From Callorhinchus milii (Eukaryota): 64,000 nucleotides of DNA. The stretch lies in assembly GCF_018977255.1 (NCBI RefSeq), contig NW_024704743.1, positions 33,668,001 through 33,732,000 on the forward strand, read 5' to 3'. The notes beneath the pieces were generated by a model. The model did no database searches. It had not been told where the DNA came from and saw nothing but the letters and a program-made list of their open reading frames with translations. Below are positions 25,661-36,174 of this stretch, piece by piece. Each line of letters begins with the position of its first letter. Within the stretch, counting starts at the first letter, position 1. Position numbers and translations under genes: made by a program.

Positions 25661-26021
25661 AATAATAATAATAATCATTTTTGCATTTCATATAGCGCCT
25701 TATCACGCCATTTTCAAAATGCTTCACAGACTATACTGTAAAGTGGATTGACTTTGTATTTTGTGGGAGAAACATGGCAGCCAGTTGAGCAACAGCAGTG
25801 TCCCACAAACAGTCGTGGATTGAGTGAGCAAATTTTAAAAAAATATTTGAGGGATTATTACCCTGAAAAGCGATCCACCAATCGACTAACAATCAGGTTC
25901 CTACTTACTGCAAGGTAAATGGAGGCGAGTGGAGTATCGAAACGTGCCTCAGTTTTTGCCCTGCCTGAGAATCAAACCCGGGTGCTCTCGCTTGCGAGCG
26001 TGCTAACCACTAAGTTACCGG
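25661..26021 (-). mobile_element. Young SINE, long form
   Basis: Colinear reverse match to 50669-51052. Confidence 0.88.
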
Positions 26022-26309
26022 TATTCAAATAGTTCCCTATATTACAACCAAAGACTTGGGAACACGTCACTGACTTTGTGATCTTGCCTGTGTTTGAGGT
26101 ATCGCAGTCAAAACTAATTGTGCAAGAGTTCATTTATCCTCCCTTTTTCCTGTTCTCTCTTCCCCAGAGGTTTCACACTGATTCTGCTTTTACACTCCCA
26201 GATGATTATTTTACATTGATGAGCACTGTAAAATACAAGGAAGTTTTTAAATTGAGTGCCTTGTGTGTTGATATTTTTTTCATTTATGCTTCATTCTTTC
26301 ATCCTCCAG

Positions 26310-26466
26310 GTCCACTCACGAATGGTTCCTCAAATGGATCAGTCTCGGTCCCTTCACCTGAGCCTACAACGGGAAGCGGAAAGGAGGAGGGGTCACATGC
26401 TTCACAGAAAGGAGATGGAAATGATGCCAGCTCATCTGATTCAGAGGAAGGGCCAGTCAGGAAGAG
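26310..26466 (+). CDS. JARID2: JARID2 internal coding exon (orthologous to human exon 3); (G)PLTNGSSNGSVSVPSPEPTTGSGKEEGSHASQKGDGNDASSSDSEEGPVRK(R)
   Basis: Pyrimidine-rich acceptor ttcattctttcatcctccag (AG 26308-26309) and donor AAGAG|gtttgt. 157 nt, phase 1 in and phase 2 out. The C-terminal NDASSSDSEEGPVRKR resembles human NDVSSSDFEEGPSRKR (recalled). It splices in frame to 54608 (AG+G = Arg). Confidence 0.9.
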
Positions 26467-27699
26467 GTTTGTGATGTTTAAATGTCTTGCCTTGTTTGGA
26501 GTGGTGAGATATTTCAAAGAACAGTCAACAACCCATAGCCACACCCAACTAACTAGTACACTTTAAGGTAAGCAGACAAGACTGGTAGCAGGGATAATTA
26601 AAGACGCATTGCCGGTTAAATTGTGGGACTTATAAAAAGATTCTCAAATGTTGATTCCTGTTTGTCAGGATTCAGATGAATCTCTTATTGACCCTTTGGA
26701 ACTCTGCTTGGATACTGATCTCCTGCTGGCCACAATCAGGCTCCACAGAAATTGGCGAAGAACTCAGCAATCTGGCTCGGTGGTGTAAAGCGCGTCTGAG
26801 CACACAGGATCAATAATTTACCAATCGTTTTGCAACTCCCGCACATTACACCCGATTGACGAATTTGGACATGCCACCAGCAATTTGACTGTCTTTAAAT
26901 ATTAAGGTGAACAAACAATTGCTGTGTTTGTGTTGCTGGGAGGATGTGTGGTGGCGTTATGCAAATGTTGCTATCCCCATCATAGGACTGTGGCATCTTA
27001 GGTTATTGCAAGTTTCCAGCAGAACAGTGGACTCCAGGAATTGTTGCTTATTTAGGAAAGAAAATCACAGTAATTCTTAAACAGTAAATGCATGCCTGCG
27101 ATGTTTGATTTCAGGAAAAGTTAAGAAGCAGATTTATAATGAGCTAGACGTAGTGTAGTTTGCAATGGTGACGTGCATTGATTTCTTCAGGATGTGCAAT
27201 TATACAGTCTGAAATCGAAATGAAAGCTTTACGTGTGTGGTGCTGTAACTGCAGAAGCTATTCTGGCCTGTCCACAGTGGCATGGATGAATTAAAGAAAG
27301 TTGCCTTGTTTCACTGTCTACTGCAGCACACAGCTGTCAATGTTCAAGTCAGCCTCATTACTGTGTGACAGAGGTATTTATAGTTAGCAGATGTGAGAAG
27401 GGGAGAGAAAGAATCTGCAGTGGTTAAGTGCAATATTCAAATGTTTGCTTTATTCAGAATAACACCCGGATCTGTTGGACTCGCTACAGGCACTCTTGGA
27501 ACAACGACTCGCTACAGGTGTATATTGGCACAGGGACCTGGGGATAGGCAGACTAGACTCTTTGTCGGCTCTGCTTTGAGTTGTGTCATTTTGCTGCTTA
27601 ACGTCTGTTGTGCTAATTGGGTGTGTTTAGATGTTGGTAGCTGTTGAACTGGAGCGATGATTGTTTAAAATCTGAGTATATTATTGTTTGTCTTATACA

Positions 27700-28630
27700 A
27701 CAACGCCGACAACTTGCGTTTACAAGGTGCCCTTCTACACGTGACAGCATCTCCCAAGAGTTTAACAGTGTCAGAGCCCGATGCCGAGCTGGGGGGAGGG
27801 AGGAGGTGATCATAAGAATGGTTGAAGAGGACAAGGCAAGGGACAAGACAGAGTCCTGTAGGTCAGTGGTTAGAGCGCTCGCCTTGCAAGTAAGAGACCT
27901 GGGTTCGATTCCTGCAGGGTGAAACCTTAGGCAACTTTTCTTACTCCACACGCCTCCGCTTACCTAGCAATAAGTGGGAATCCAGTTGTTAGTCGATTGG
28001 CGGATCGCTTTTCCGGGGTAATTCCTTCCAGAAAATATTAATTTGGTTACTCAATCCATGACTGTTTGTGGGACACTGCTGTGTGCAAATGGCTGCTGTA
28101 TTTTGCCCACAAAATATACAGTCAATTCATTTTATAGTGTATTCTGTGAAGAGCTTTGAGACGTCTCGAAGACATAATAAGGTCCTATATCAAATACAAG
28201 AATTAGGATCATTATTATTGAGGGAGAGAGTTCCAAAGCTTCAGTGCATAGTGGCTGAAAGCGCGGCCGCTGATGATGGAGTGAAAGGCACGAGGGACAA
28301 GCAGACGGCCAGAGCCAGTCGAGCGGAGACAGAAGTAAGCAGAGTTGGGAAGTAAGCAGGTTGGAGAGAAGTAGGGAAGTGCCAGGGAGTGAATGGATTT
28401 GTAGACGAGTGAGAGAATATTGAAATTGATTTGTTCTGTGATAGGGAGCTAGCGGAGCCTGGCAAGGACTGGTGTGATAAAGGTAATGAGTTTAGTGTGG
28501 GTGAGAATACGAGCGGCAGAGTTCTGAATCAGTTCTAGTCTGTGGGGAGTGAAGCTGGGGAGATTGGTGAGGTGGGCATTGGAGTAGTCGAGGAGGAAGG
28601 TGATGAAGGCGAGGGTTTCGGCTGCATTGG
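27700..28630 (-). mobile_element. Old L2 3' fragment interrupted by a SINE at 27851-28219
   Basis: 27700-27850 and 28219-28630 align colinearly with the 3' end of the L2 at 6141-6750 (e.g. ttgagggagagagttcca, ctgaaagc). Confidence 0.8.
27851..28219 (+). mobile_element. Young SINE, long form, inserted in an L2
   Basis: gagtcctgtaggtcagtggttagagcgctcgccttgcaag head, B-box gggttcgattcc, (TTA)n tail. Confidence 0.92.
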
Positions 28631-29049
28631 GATTGTGCGGCCGAGGGTTGGCTGAATTCTCTTTCTACCGCCCGCTCCCCCAGATTGCAGGGTTGCCTGT
28701 AACGCCAGGCAGCAACGCTGAATGTTTAAGTCCAGAGAGTGGAGTCCAAGTTGCTGTGCAGTGCACAGATGCCAAGGGTTGTATTCCAGCCTGGACTCGA
28801 CTGTCTCCGTGCAGTTAAACTCAGATCTTCTGTCTTTTTGTTCTTTGCTGATTTTGAGTTTGCTTTTTATATTGCTGCCAATTATGGCTCCACGTTCTGA
28901 TGTGCAGCTTTCCATCACATGGTGGATGATTTGTTTTGTTTCTTTTGCTTCCTCTTTCCTACCTCTCTCCTCTTTTTCTCTTTCTCTCTCCCCTCCCACC
29001 CAGACAGTGCCTCATGCTAAAGTATAATTGCTCAGGCGCTGACAGACCT

Positions 29050-29420
29050 CTGAGTCCTCACCCCAGTTCCCTGAAGCATGACAATGAGTGACGGCAGCCT
29101 ATTCAACCATGAGACTGATTTCGATCCTGCCCTCACATGGCCCCTCTCCAGGGGATGAGGGGTTGCGAGGGGGAGTATAGCTCCTGAATAGCTCCTTGCA
29201 ACAGGAACTCTGTAGTTGAGATTTTATTCCCCCTCCTCCTCCCTTCCCATCCAACCACCCAATCAGGAAGTGCCTTGGGCAATTTTGCTCCTCTTTCCAT
29301 CACCACTTCCCTGACTGACGTTGGCTAACTCGGCACAAAACAGTAATTGAATTTTGGTTCTCACAAGGCTCAGTACACCATTAGGCTGGGCGTGTATTGA
29401 GTGCACCCTACAGGGAGCTT
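29050..29420 (-). mobile_element. Probable third, very old tRNA-SINE family (related pieces at ~11830-12052 and ~39830-40100)
   Basis: Shared motif ctgagatcagcttactcaacac / ctgacgttggctaactcggcac, and a terminal caggg(g)gag in both copies; heavily diverged. Confidence 0.4.
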
Positions 29421-30874
29421 TACTGTTCTGTCTCTTTCCCCCGCCCTACTCTTTATCCTCCCCCTGCTCCCGTGGGTAACATGTCTCCTGGATCACCTGC
29501 TATTCTTGAGCTAAAAGGACACCTGTTTCAGGGTTATTCTATATCTCTTTAGGATCAGCAGTTAGGGAGTTTCTCCTGGTGTCCAGACCAACAACCCCCC
29601 CCAGATAAAACGCCATGGCTTTTAGTGGGAGGGTCATTGTTGTGTGAAAATTAGCTGCTGTGTACACCTACAAAACACACAGTTGCTGCACTTTACTGTA
29701 TATCCTGTGAAGCACTTCAAGAAGTTCTCCCACTGTGAAAGGTGCTATTGGGAAAATGCCTATTTCCTGTCTTTCCCAACAGTTGAACTGAGTTTAAAAA
29801 AAATGTGCTCGCCTCAAGTGTCACAGTAACTTTGTCACCTGACTTTGTCAGTGTTTGGCTGAGGACGATGTGCCAGCAGGTCCACCTGCTGAATGTTTCA
29901 GCTACCAATTGCGTTGCTTTAAGTGGAGGGACATTGCAGGGATGGGGGTTATTAAATGGCTCTATGAAGTGCTGCTAACATGCAAATAACGACGAGCTGG
30001 TTTTGTATTTGCTGAGGCTGCAGTGGAGCAACAGCTTGTCTCCATGAGTTTGACCTGAGCTGGCAGATTTCATTCCATGCTTTTACATTTTTAATCCATT
30101 TTAAGCTGCACAAGTCCTACATAGCTGCTAGTTAGTGCAGCACCTTAACTCGTGTCAGTACATCTAGTCTTTCATATTACACAGAAGAATTAACAGGTAA
30201 TGCAATTCTATTTCTGAATATTAAGATGAGTGAACTAAACTGAGGGCAAAGGATTTGAATAAACTGAATGATCATAGTGAACCTAAAGGAGAATAATTCC
30301 TAATGTGACAATGCCGAATGTTCACTGAGTTTGCTGAAGGTGAATACCTATCTCAAAATATCTGTGTAGTGGTTGTGTAGATAACTTCTGATTAAGACAT
30401 GTGCAACTAATTGCCGTATAGTTCAAAATGTTGCCATTTAGGATAGTTATTTGAAGCCCAAATTGACTAAATTCAAGTCAGAAGTGACAATGACGCTTGT
30501 ACCGAGACCTTGGTATTTGTCTGTTCTGGGAGAGAAAAAAACCTGGGTGCTTGTGTTCACTTTCTTTTGAGTGTTGAAGGTATCCAATTAACCCTTTAGA
30601 CCATGGGAGAAGGTGTGACATGCTCTTTACAGCGTAGTGTTGGTAAAAGCCTAAGGTGAATCAACCAATAGTCATTCCTCATGAATGAGCCAAACAGTGG
30701 TTTGAAAAGCTCCACTGACCAAAGCAGTAATGCCATGGGTGTCTGATGGTTTTTGGTGCCATTGCTTGCTGAGCCTTTACCGAATGATCCATTGCAAGAG
30801 CCTGCAAAGCGCTGTGTTGCATGAAACAGAAAATTGCATCTCTGGCTGGGCAACTGCAGGAAATGCGGGCCAAC

Positions 30875-31127
30875 TGTGGAGTCCTGCAGCTCAGTGGTGT
30901 GGAGTCCTGCAGCTCAGTGGTGTGGAGTCCTGCAGCTCAGTGGTGTGGAGTCCTGCAGCTCAGTGGTGTGGAGTCCTGCAGCTCAGTGGTGTGGAGTCCT
31001 GCAGCTCAGTGGTGTGGAGTCCTGCAGCTCAGTGGTGTGGAGTCCTGCAGCTCAGTGGTGTGGAGTCCTGCAGCTCAGTGGTGTGGAGTCCTGTAGCTCA
31101 GTGGTGTGGAGTCCTGTAGCTCACTGG
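30875..31127 (+). repeat. Minisatellite: 11 x 23-bp tandem copies of the SINE 5' end (tgtggagtcctgYagctcagtgg)
   Basis: Units start at 30875 and every 23 nt up to 31105; the last unit continues as the SINE. Confidence 0.97.
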
Positions 31128-31420
31128 TTAGAGCACTCACCTTGCAAGCGAGAGACCTGGGTTTGATTCCCGGCAGAGTGAAATGTTGGGCAAGTTTCCT
31201 TACTCCACATGCTTGATAATAATCCCTCAAGAAACAAAAACAATAATAAATTGGTCGCTTCAATCCATGACTGTTTGTGGGACACTGCTGTGTGCAATTG
31301 GCTGTTGCATTTCTCCCACAAATATAGTCAATTCACTTTACAGTATATTTTCTGAAGCGCATTGAGACGACTAGAAGACATGAAAAGCACTATATCAAAT
31401 GCAAGGATTATATATATATT
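31108..31420 (+). mobile_element. Young SINE, short form
   Basis: tRNA-like head, ttgggcaagtttccttactccac, then directly the AT-rich linker, Deu-like segment and tail. Confidence 0.92.
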
Positions 31421-32464
31421 ATCAATGAAATGGGTTTGAACACTGATCCTAATCCACATTGTAATCTACAAAGATGTATCAAATCTCAAACGTGGTGCCA
31501 GCATTCCCAGCGTGGTATGACCATAGTGCCTGCCCCTCTGCTGCCATGGTAAATGGCACCCAAACCCACCCAGCAAAACTGGTAGAATTTCACAATGGCA
31601 CGGAGGATAATTCAAAATACCTTCCAAACCCACAGGGTAATTTGAGGTGAATTTTTTAATAGTGCCGCTGATCTATTAAAACCTTGCAGATTGATTTCGC
31701 TACTTGGGGAGAAAGAGTGAGGGGGGAGGAACAGAGAGAGATGAGTAAGGGATGGGGGGAAAGCGATGGGTAGTAGAGAGAGAGAATGAGTAGGGCTGGA
31801 GAAAGTGTCCCAGGAGTAACCCGGATATTCACTGCCTAGTGTGAATGACTGTGGATGGGACAGAGGGTACAAGAATAGTCTGGAGATCCACTGCCTATGG
31901 TTCTAGCTGTGGGAGGAAAATTGTGCAAATGAAAGCTGACAGAATTAGTTTGTGTCCAGCTGCTCTGGATTTGCTGCCTTGCTCCAACACTAATCTAAAG
32001 CTGGCGAGAGAGAAATCAAATTAGATGCAGATGCTCTTTTTAATACACGTATAACTTCAGTGTTACTTTTGAAATGAAACAGTTATTAAAACGTAATCAA
32101 GAGAGAGTCAGATGAAGAAGGCCCTTCAGCCCATTTAATCTCAACTTTCCAGAATGCCCACTCTACCGTTTTCCCATTCCAGCATTAAGTTGTTTTGTCA
32201 AATGAATCCAGCGTCCTGGCCTCTACCATCCTTACTGGTAATCCATTCCGACTTCTGGATTAAGAACCATCTGTTCTTAAATGCACCAAGTCTGGCATTA
32301 GCTGCTCCACGAGGTGTTTGGTGATAGCCATGTTAATGAAGGGTGCTCATCTCTTTATTAGTCTATAAAGTATGTGATATTGGAACTCGTTATAGTGTTG
32401 GTTGGGATTTTATATATCACAAATACGACTTATTGCTTAGTGTTGACAGCATTGATCTGCACTG

Positions 32465-33130
32465 GTGCTCACTGCACCTTGTGATTCCAATGCACAACCT
32501 CAGTGTCTCCCAGATATCATTGAAACCTTACCTCCACGCTCCCACTATCTCTGCTTTCTCTCACCTCTCAACATCACCACAACCTCTCCTTGCGGGCTGC
32601 TGAGACCCTCATCGACAACTTTATCACGTCCAGGTTTAACTGTTCGAGCACCCTGCTCGCTGGCCTGCCCAGCTACTCTCTGCACAAGCTGCAGACCATC
32701 CAGAAATCTGCAACGTGTCCTTTCCCACACCAGGCTCTACAAAACAAATCACCCCATCCTCACTGGCTCCACATCCCTGTGAAAATTAACCTCAAGATCC
32801 TCGTACTCACTTTGAAACTCAGTCATGGGCTCACCTTACCTCTGTGAACTCCTGTGACTCAACAGCCCATCTGCTCCTTCCATTCAGCAAACAACGGCTT
32901 AGTTAACGTTCTCTGTCCTCTCTGCCCCACAATCGGTGGATTTTCAGGCATTGCTTTCTGGAACTCCATCCCAGAGTTCCTCTGCCTTGCCCTCTCCCTC
33001 CTTGCCCTCAAACCCCACTTTAAGACCCATCTCTTCAGCAGTGATTTTGCCCCCCCCACTCCCCGGTCAGGCTCCCAGTCAGTTGTGTAAAGCTCTTTGA
33101 GACGTGCTCCGGTCATGAAAGGTGCTGTAT
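32465..33130 (+). mobile_element. L2 3' fragment
   Basis: AAETLIDNFITSRFNCSSTLLAGLP and LHKLQTIQ translations; tail gtaaagctctttgagacgtg...gaaaggtgctgtat. Confidence 0.85.
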
Positions 33131-33243
33131 GATAATAATATCCTTGCATTTGGAAAAGCACTCCCATCACATTGTTGAGACGTCACTAAGTGCTTCACAG
33201 AATATACTGTAAGGTGAATTGACTGTATATTTTGTGGTCGAAA
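33130..33243 (-). mobile_element. Young SINE 3' end, tail-to-tail with an L2
   Basis: tccttgcatttg...gacgtcactaagtgcttcacagaatatactgtaaggtgaattgactgtatattttgtgg. Confidence 0.8.
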
Positions 33244-34944
33244 TATTGAATTGTTATAACAGTCTCCTCTTTATTTGTACCCGTGTCTAGTCCTTTGATA
33301 GGTATGTATCAGCTTTAGACACTTTTGATGACTTTTATCCTAACTTATGGAATATCTGAAAGGCTTCAGTGAGGTTTTATTTTGTTGGCATGGGTTTTCC
33401 TGTCCTTTACAAAGCATTATTTCAGGATGTTCCAATCCACCGTTGTAACTTGGAGGCAAGCGTTTCATTGTGACGTGGGATTTAGATTCTGTTTCTACCC
33501 CTTATTGCATTCCTGCGAGTTTTAAGTTTGACCTCTTTACAGCCAAGGTTTTGACCTGTCTGGCTAATAACTTGTTGCTGTCGAAGTGTTGCTGAATTGC
33601 AGTTTCACAGCTTTGTTTGGAGTTTTGAGTGTTTGTTTTTTGCCTGGTTTGTGCTGTTAATGTGCTGGGAAAAGTGGCTAATACATGAATCTGCCTGGGT
33701 TCACTGCTCTGTGGATGTCGATAGCTGGTCAATATTTCAGTTGCACAGTCAGTTAGTCATTGGTAGTTTTTGTGGCATGTGTGTTAGATTTTTTTGTGTA
33801 CAGATGAGGTATGTTTTTAATATACAGACATTAATAACCAGCAGATGTAATAACACTACTTTGCCTATTAATAGGATTGGCACTTACTGTTCAGGAATGT
33901 AATTAAGCAGTGGACGTGGGGATTCCTGCACCACTAGGAATTTTAATTTTGCTGAAGCTGATGAAGCTTCTGAATAGTGAGTGGACCACATCCCCGGAAA
34001 GCGAAGCGCTAGAAAAAGGTTGAAGTGGGGAAAATTCTTCTGGGTAAAAGGAGACACTTCAGTGCACTTTTATGAATGAGCTTTCTTTCTAATTAAGTGG
34101 GAGGCTGTTCAGGAAAACCGAAATGTGCAGGACCAGGGAGGCTAATTGCAGGCCCTCAGCAGCCATCCTCAGCTCCAGTTCCCAGCCAGAATCGTCGAGC
34201 GCTTTGGGATGTCATCGCAATGTTAAAGGCACTGTCTGCATAAGTGTAAATTGCATGGATGACTTGACCAGTTGTGCTTTTTTTTCAACAAAAAAAATTG
34301 TTTGTCATGGGGATTTGTGAAACTGAAACAAAAGTGGCATCAGGATGTGTAAGCTGTTTGCATCTTGTGAAGATCATTGATGCTAAACCACACATGAATG
34401 GCAGTGTGGCTATCTCAGGCTTTCATCACTGCGAGCAGACGCCTGCTCTCTGATCTGATCTTAATGTGTTCAGCAGTGAGGGCGCCCCACATTCCTGATT
34501 ACACAGCAAATGGTCGCACATGGTGACTGACTGACCATGTCGGTTTCTTGTATTTGAAACTGCGCTGGGATTGGTGAATACTTTTAGGATTTACAGCTGT
34601 TATGAATTTTAATGGGCTTTCTTCCAAAAATATAATAGCAAGTTGTAACATTTTGTTTTCATGAGATTCTGGTACTTCGAGCTGAAAACCTTTTTTTTCC
34701 CTCTCTCGCTAACGTACCAAATGCACACACATTAAAAAAAAATGGAAATACATACCAACCTAATCATTCATGCTCTCCTGAGCACAGGCTCTCTCTCATG
34801 AACACGCATTCACGTCACGTGCATTGTTTCTCGCACACTCTCTCACTTAATCTCTGTCCTTCTCACACATGTACCCTCTCAAAAGAGCCCGTCTCTATCT
34901 ACTAAACTTAACCATTAAATCTGTTCTTAACCAGCTATGCCCCA

Positions 34945-35270
34945 CACCAGGAACTGAGCTCACAGTCCGCTGACACACAGTCCTGGCAGTGTGCTGTATT
35001 GTTAGTGGTGCCGTCCTTCGGATCAGATCCCGTCTGCCTGTTCAGGTGGACGTTAAGAAAGTTTCAATGAGATAAATTGAAAAGAGAAGGGAATTTCTCC
35101 TGGACCAGATGAAATAGTCAGTCACTTAATGGCTGTTTGTGGAATCATGTGTGCAAAATGACTGCAGTGTTTACCTACAGATCATCAGTTACTTCACCGG
35201 GCAGCAGTTACCATTGAAATGCTTTCTGACACTTTTGACATTACAGGTGTTCGATCACATACAGGGATTG
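34945..35270 (+). mobile_element. Older Deu-type SINE
   Basis: gtggtgccgtccttcggat...cccgtctgcctgttcaggtggacgttaa...ggctgtttgtgg. Confidence 0.7.
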
Positions 35271-36043
35271 TTATAATGCCGGTGCAGCCTTGTCGACTGG
35301 AGTGAAATGACTTAGCGGCAGTCTGTTGTGACCTACTTTAGCAGATGAGGAAAGCAGTTTTTTGTGCCCTCCAGTATGTTTGCTAGACCTGTGAATTCCG
35401 TTGCTGTTCATTTTACTAGTGATACACAATGTGGGCAGACTGACGTGTGGGACATGCAAGTTTCAAGTCAATGAATGATTGCTCAATGACCGTCCAGCCA
35501 CCCACAGGTTCGTGAGAGACGAATGTGCCATTGCCAAGAGTGGTCGGGTGGGGCACTGTGCAAAGTGGGTTGATCTCACGCGCCAGGAATGTGTGCACTA
35601 TCAGGTAACGCTGCGGATATAATGATACAGGTCTTGCAGTAACTGAGCTGCTTTTTCAAGTGTTGAAGCTGATCAGATACTGAGTTACAGACTTGCCACA
35701 TGTTTGTGTAGATTGGGTCCCATCAGGTGGTGCCGTGCTGACTCACCGCTCAGCCCCGCAGTCAGTGTTGTCGTTCGATCAGCCATTCGAGAAGCCCACC
35801 AACCAGAGAAAAGGCAGCTTCAGCGGTCAGTGCCGTGACCAATTCCCCATTGGTGATATTTCCTGTTTGTCATTTCATGATATTAATGAAGGGGTTATGG
35901 TCGGGCTAAAAAAAACCTTCCATCTCAAAATGTAACAAAGTACTGCGTAGAGAGTAACAGCAGGTGTGCATAGTGTTTTCAAGCATAATTGCAAAGATGC
36001 CTTTCTCCTCTTTGGCACCATGTTGTAATGTTAGTTCCTGTGC

Positions 36044-36174
36044 TCAGGATATTTGTTCCAGTTGCTCCTCTTCTGTGATCTCCCTTGCAGATCTCAGGTT
36101 TCACCTCCTTGAGTCACCAGAAGACGAGGGAGCCTGAGATCTGCGAGGGCGAGAATAGAACTGGAAAATCCTGA
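36044..36174. repeat. Imperfect inverted repeat / foldback with a 20-bp core stem
   Basis: 36082-36101 pairs with 36130-36149. Outer arms are ttccagtt/aactggaa and tcaggat/atcctga. Confidence 0.85.

Noticed and set aside
30875..31127. CRISPR-like array or repetitive protein (ORFs 30730..31119, 30821..31096, 30834..31166)
   Set aside because: No spacers, no cas genes, vertebrate intron. The ORFs are translations of a stop-free 23-bp tandem repeat.
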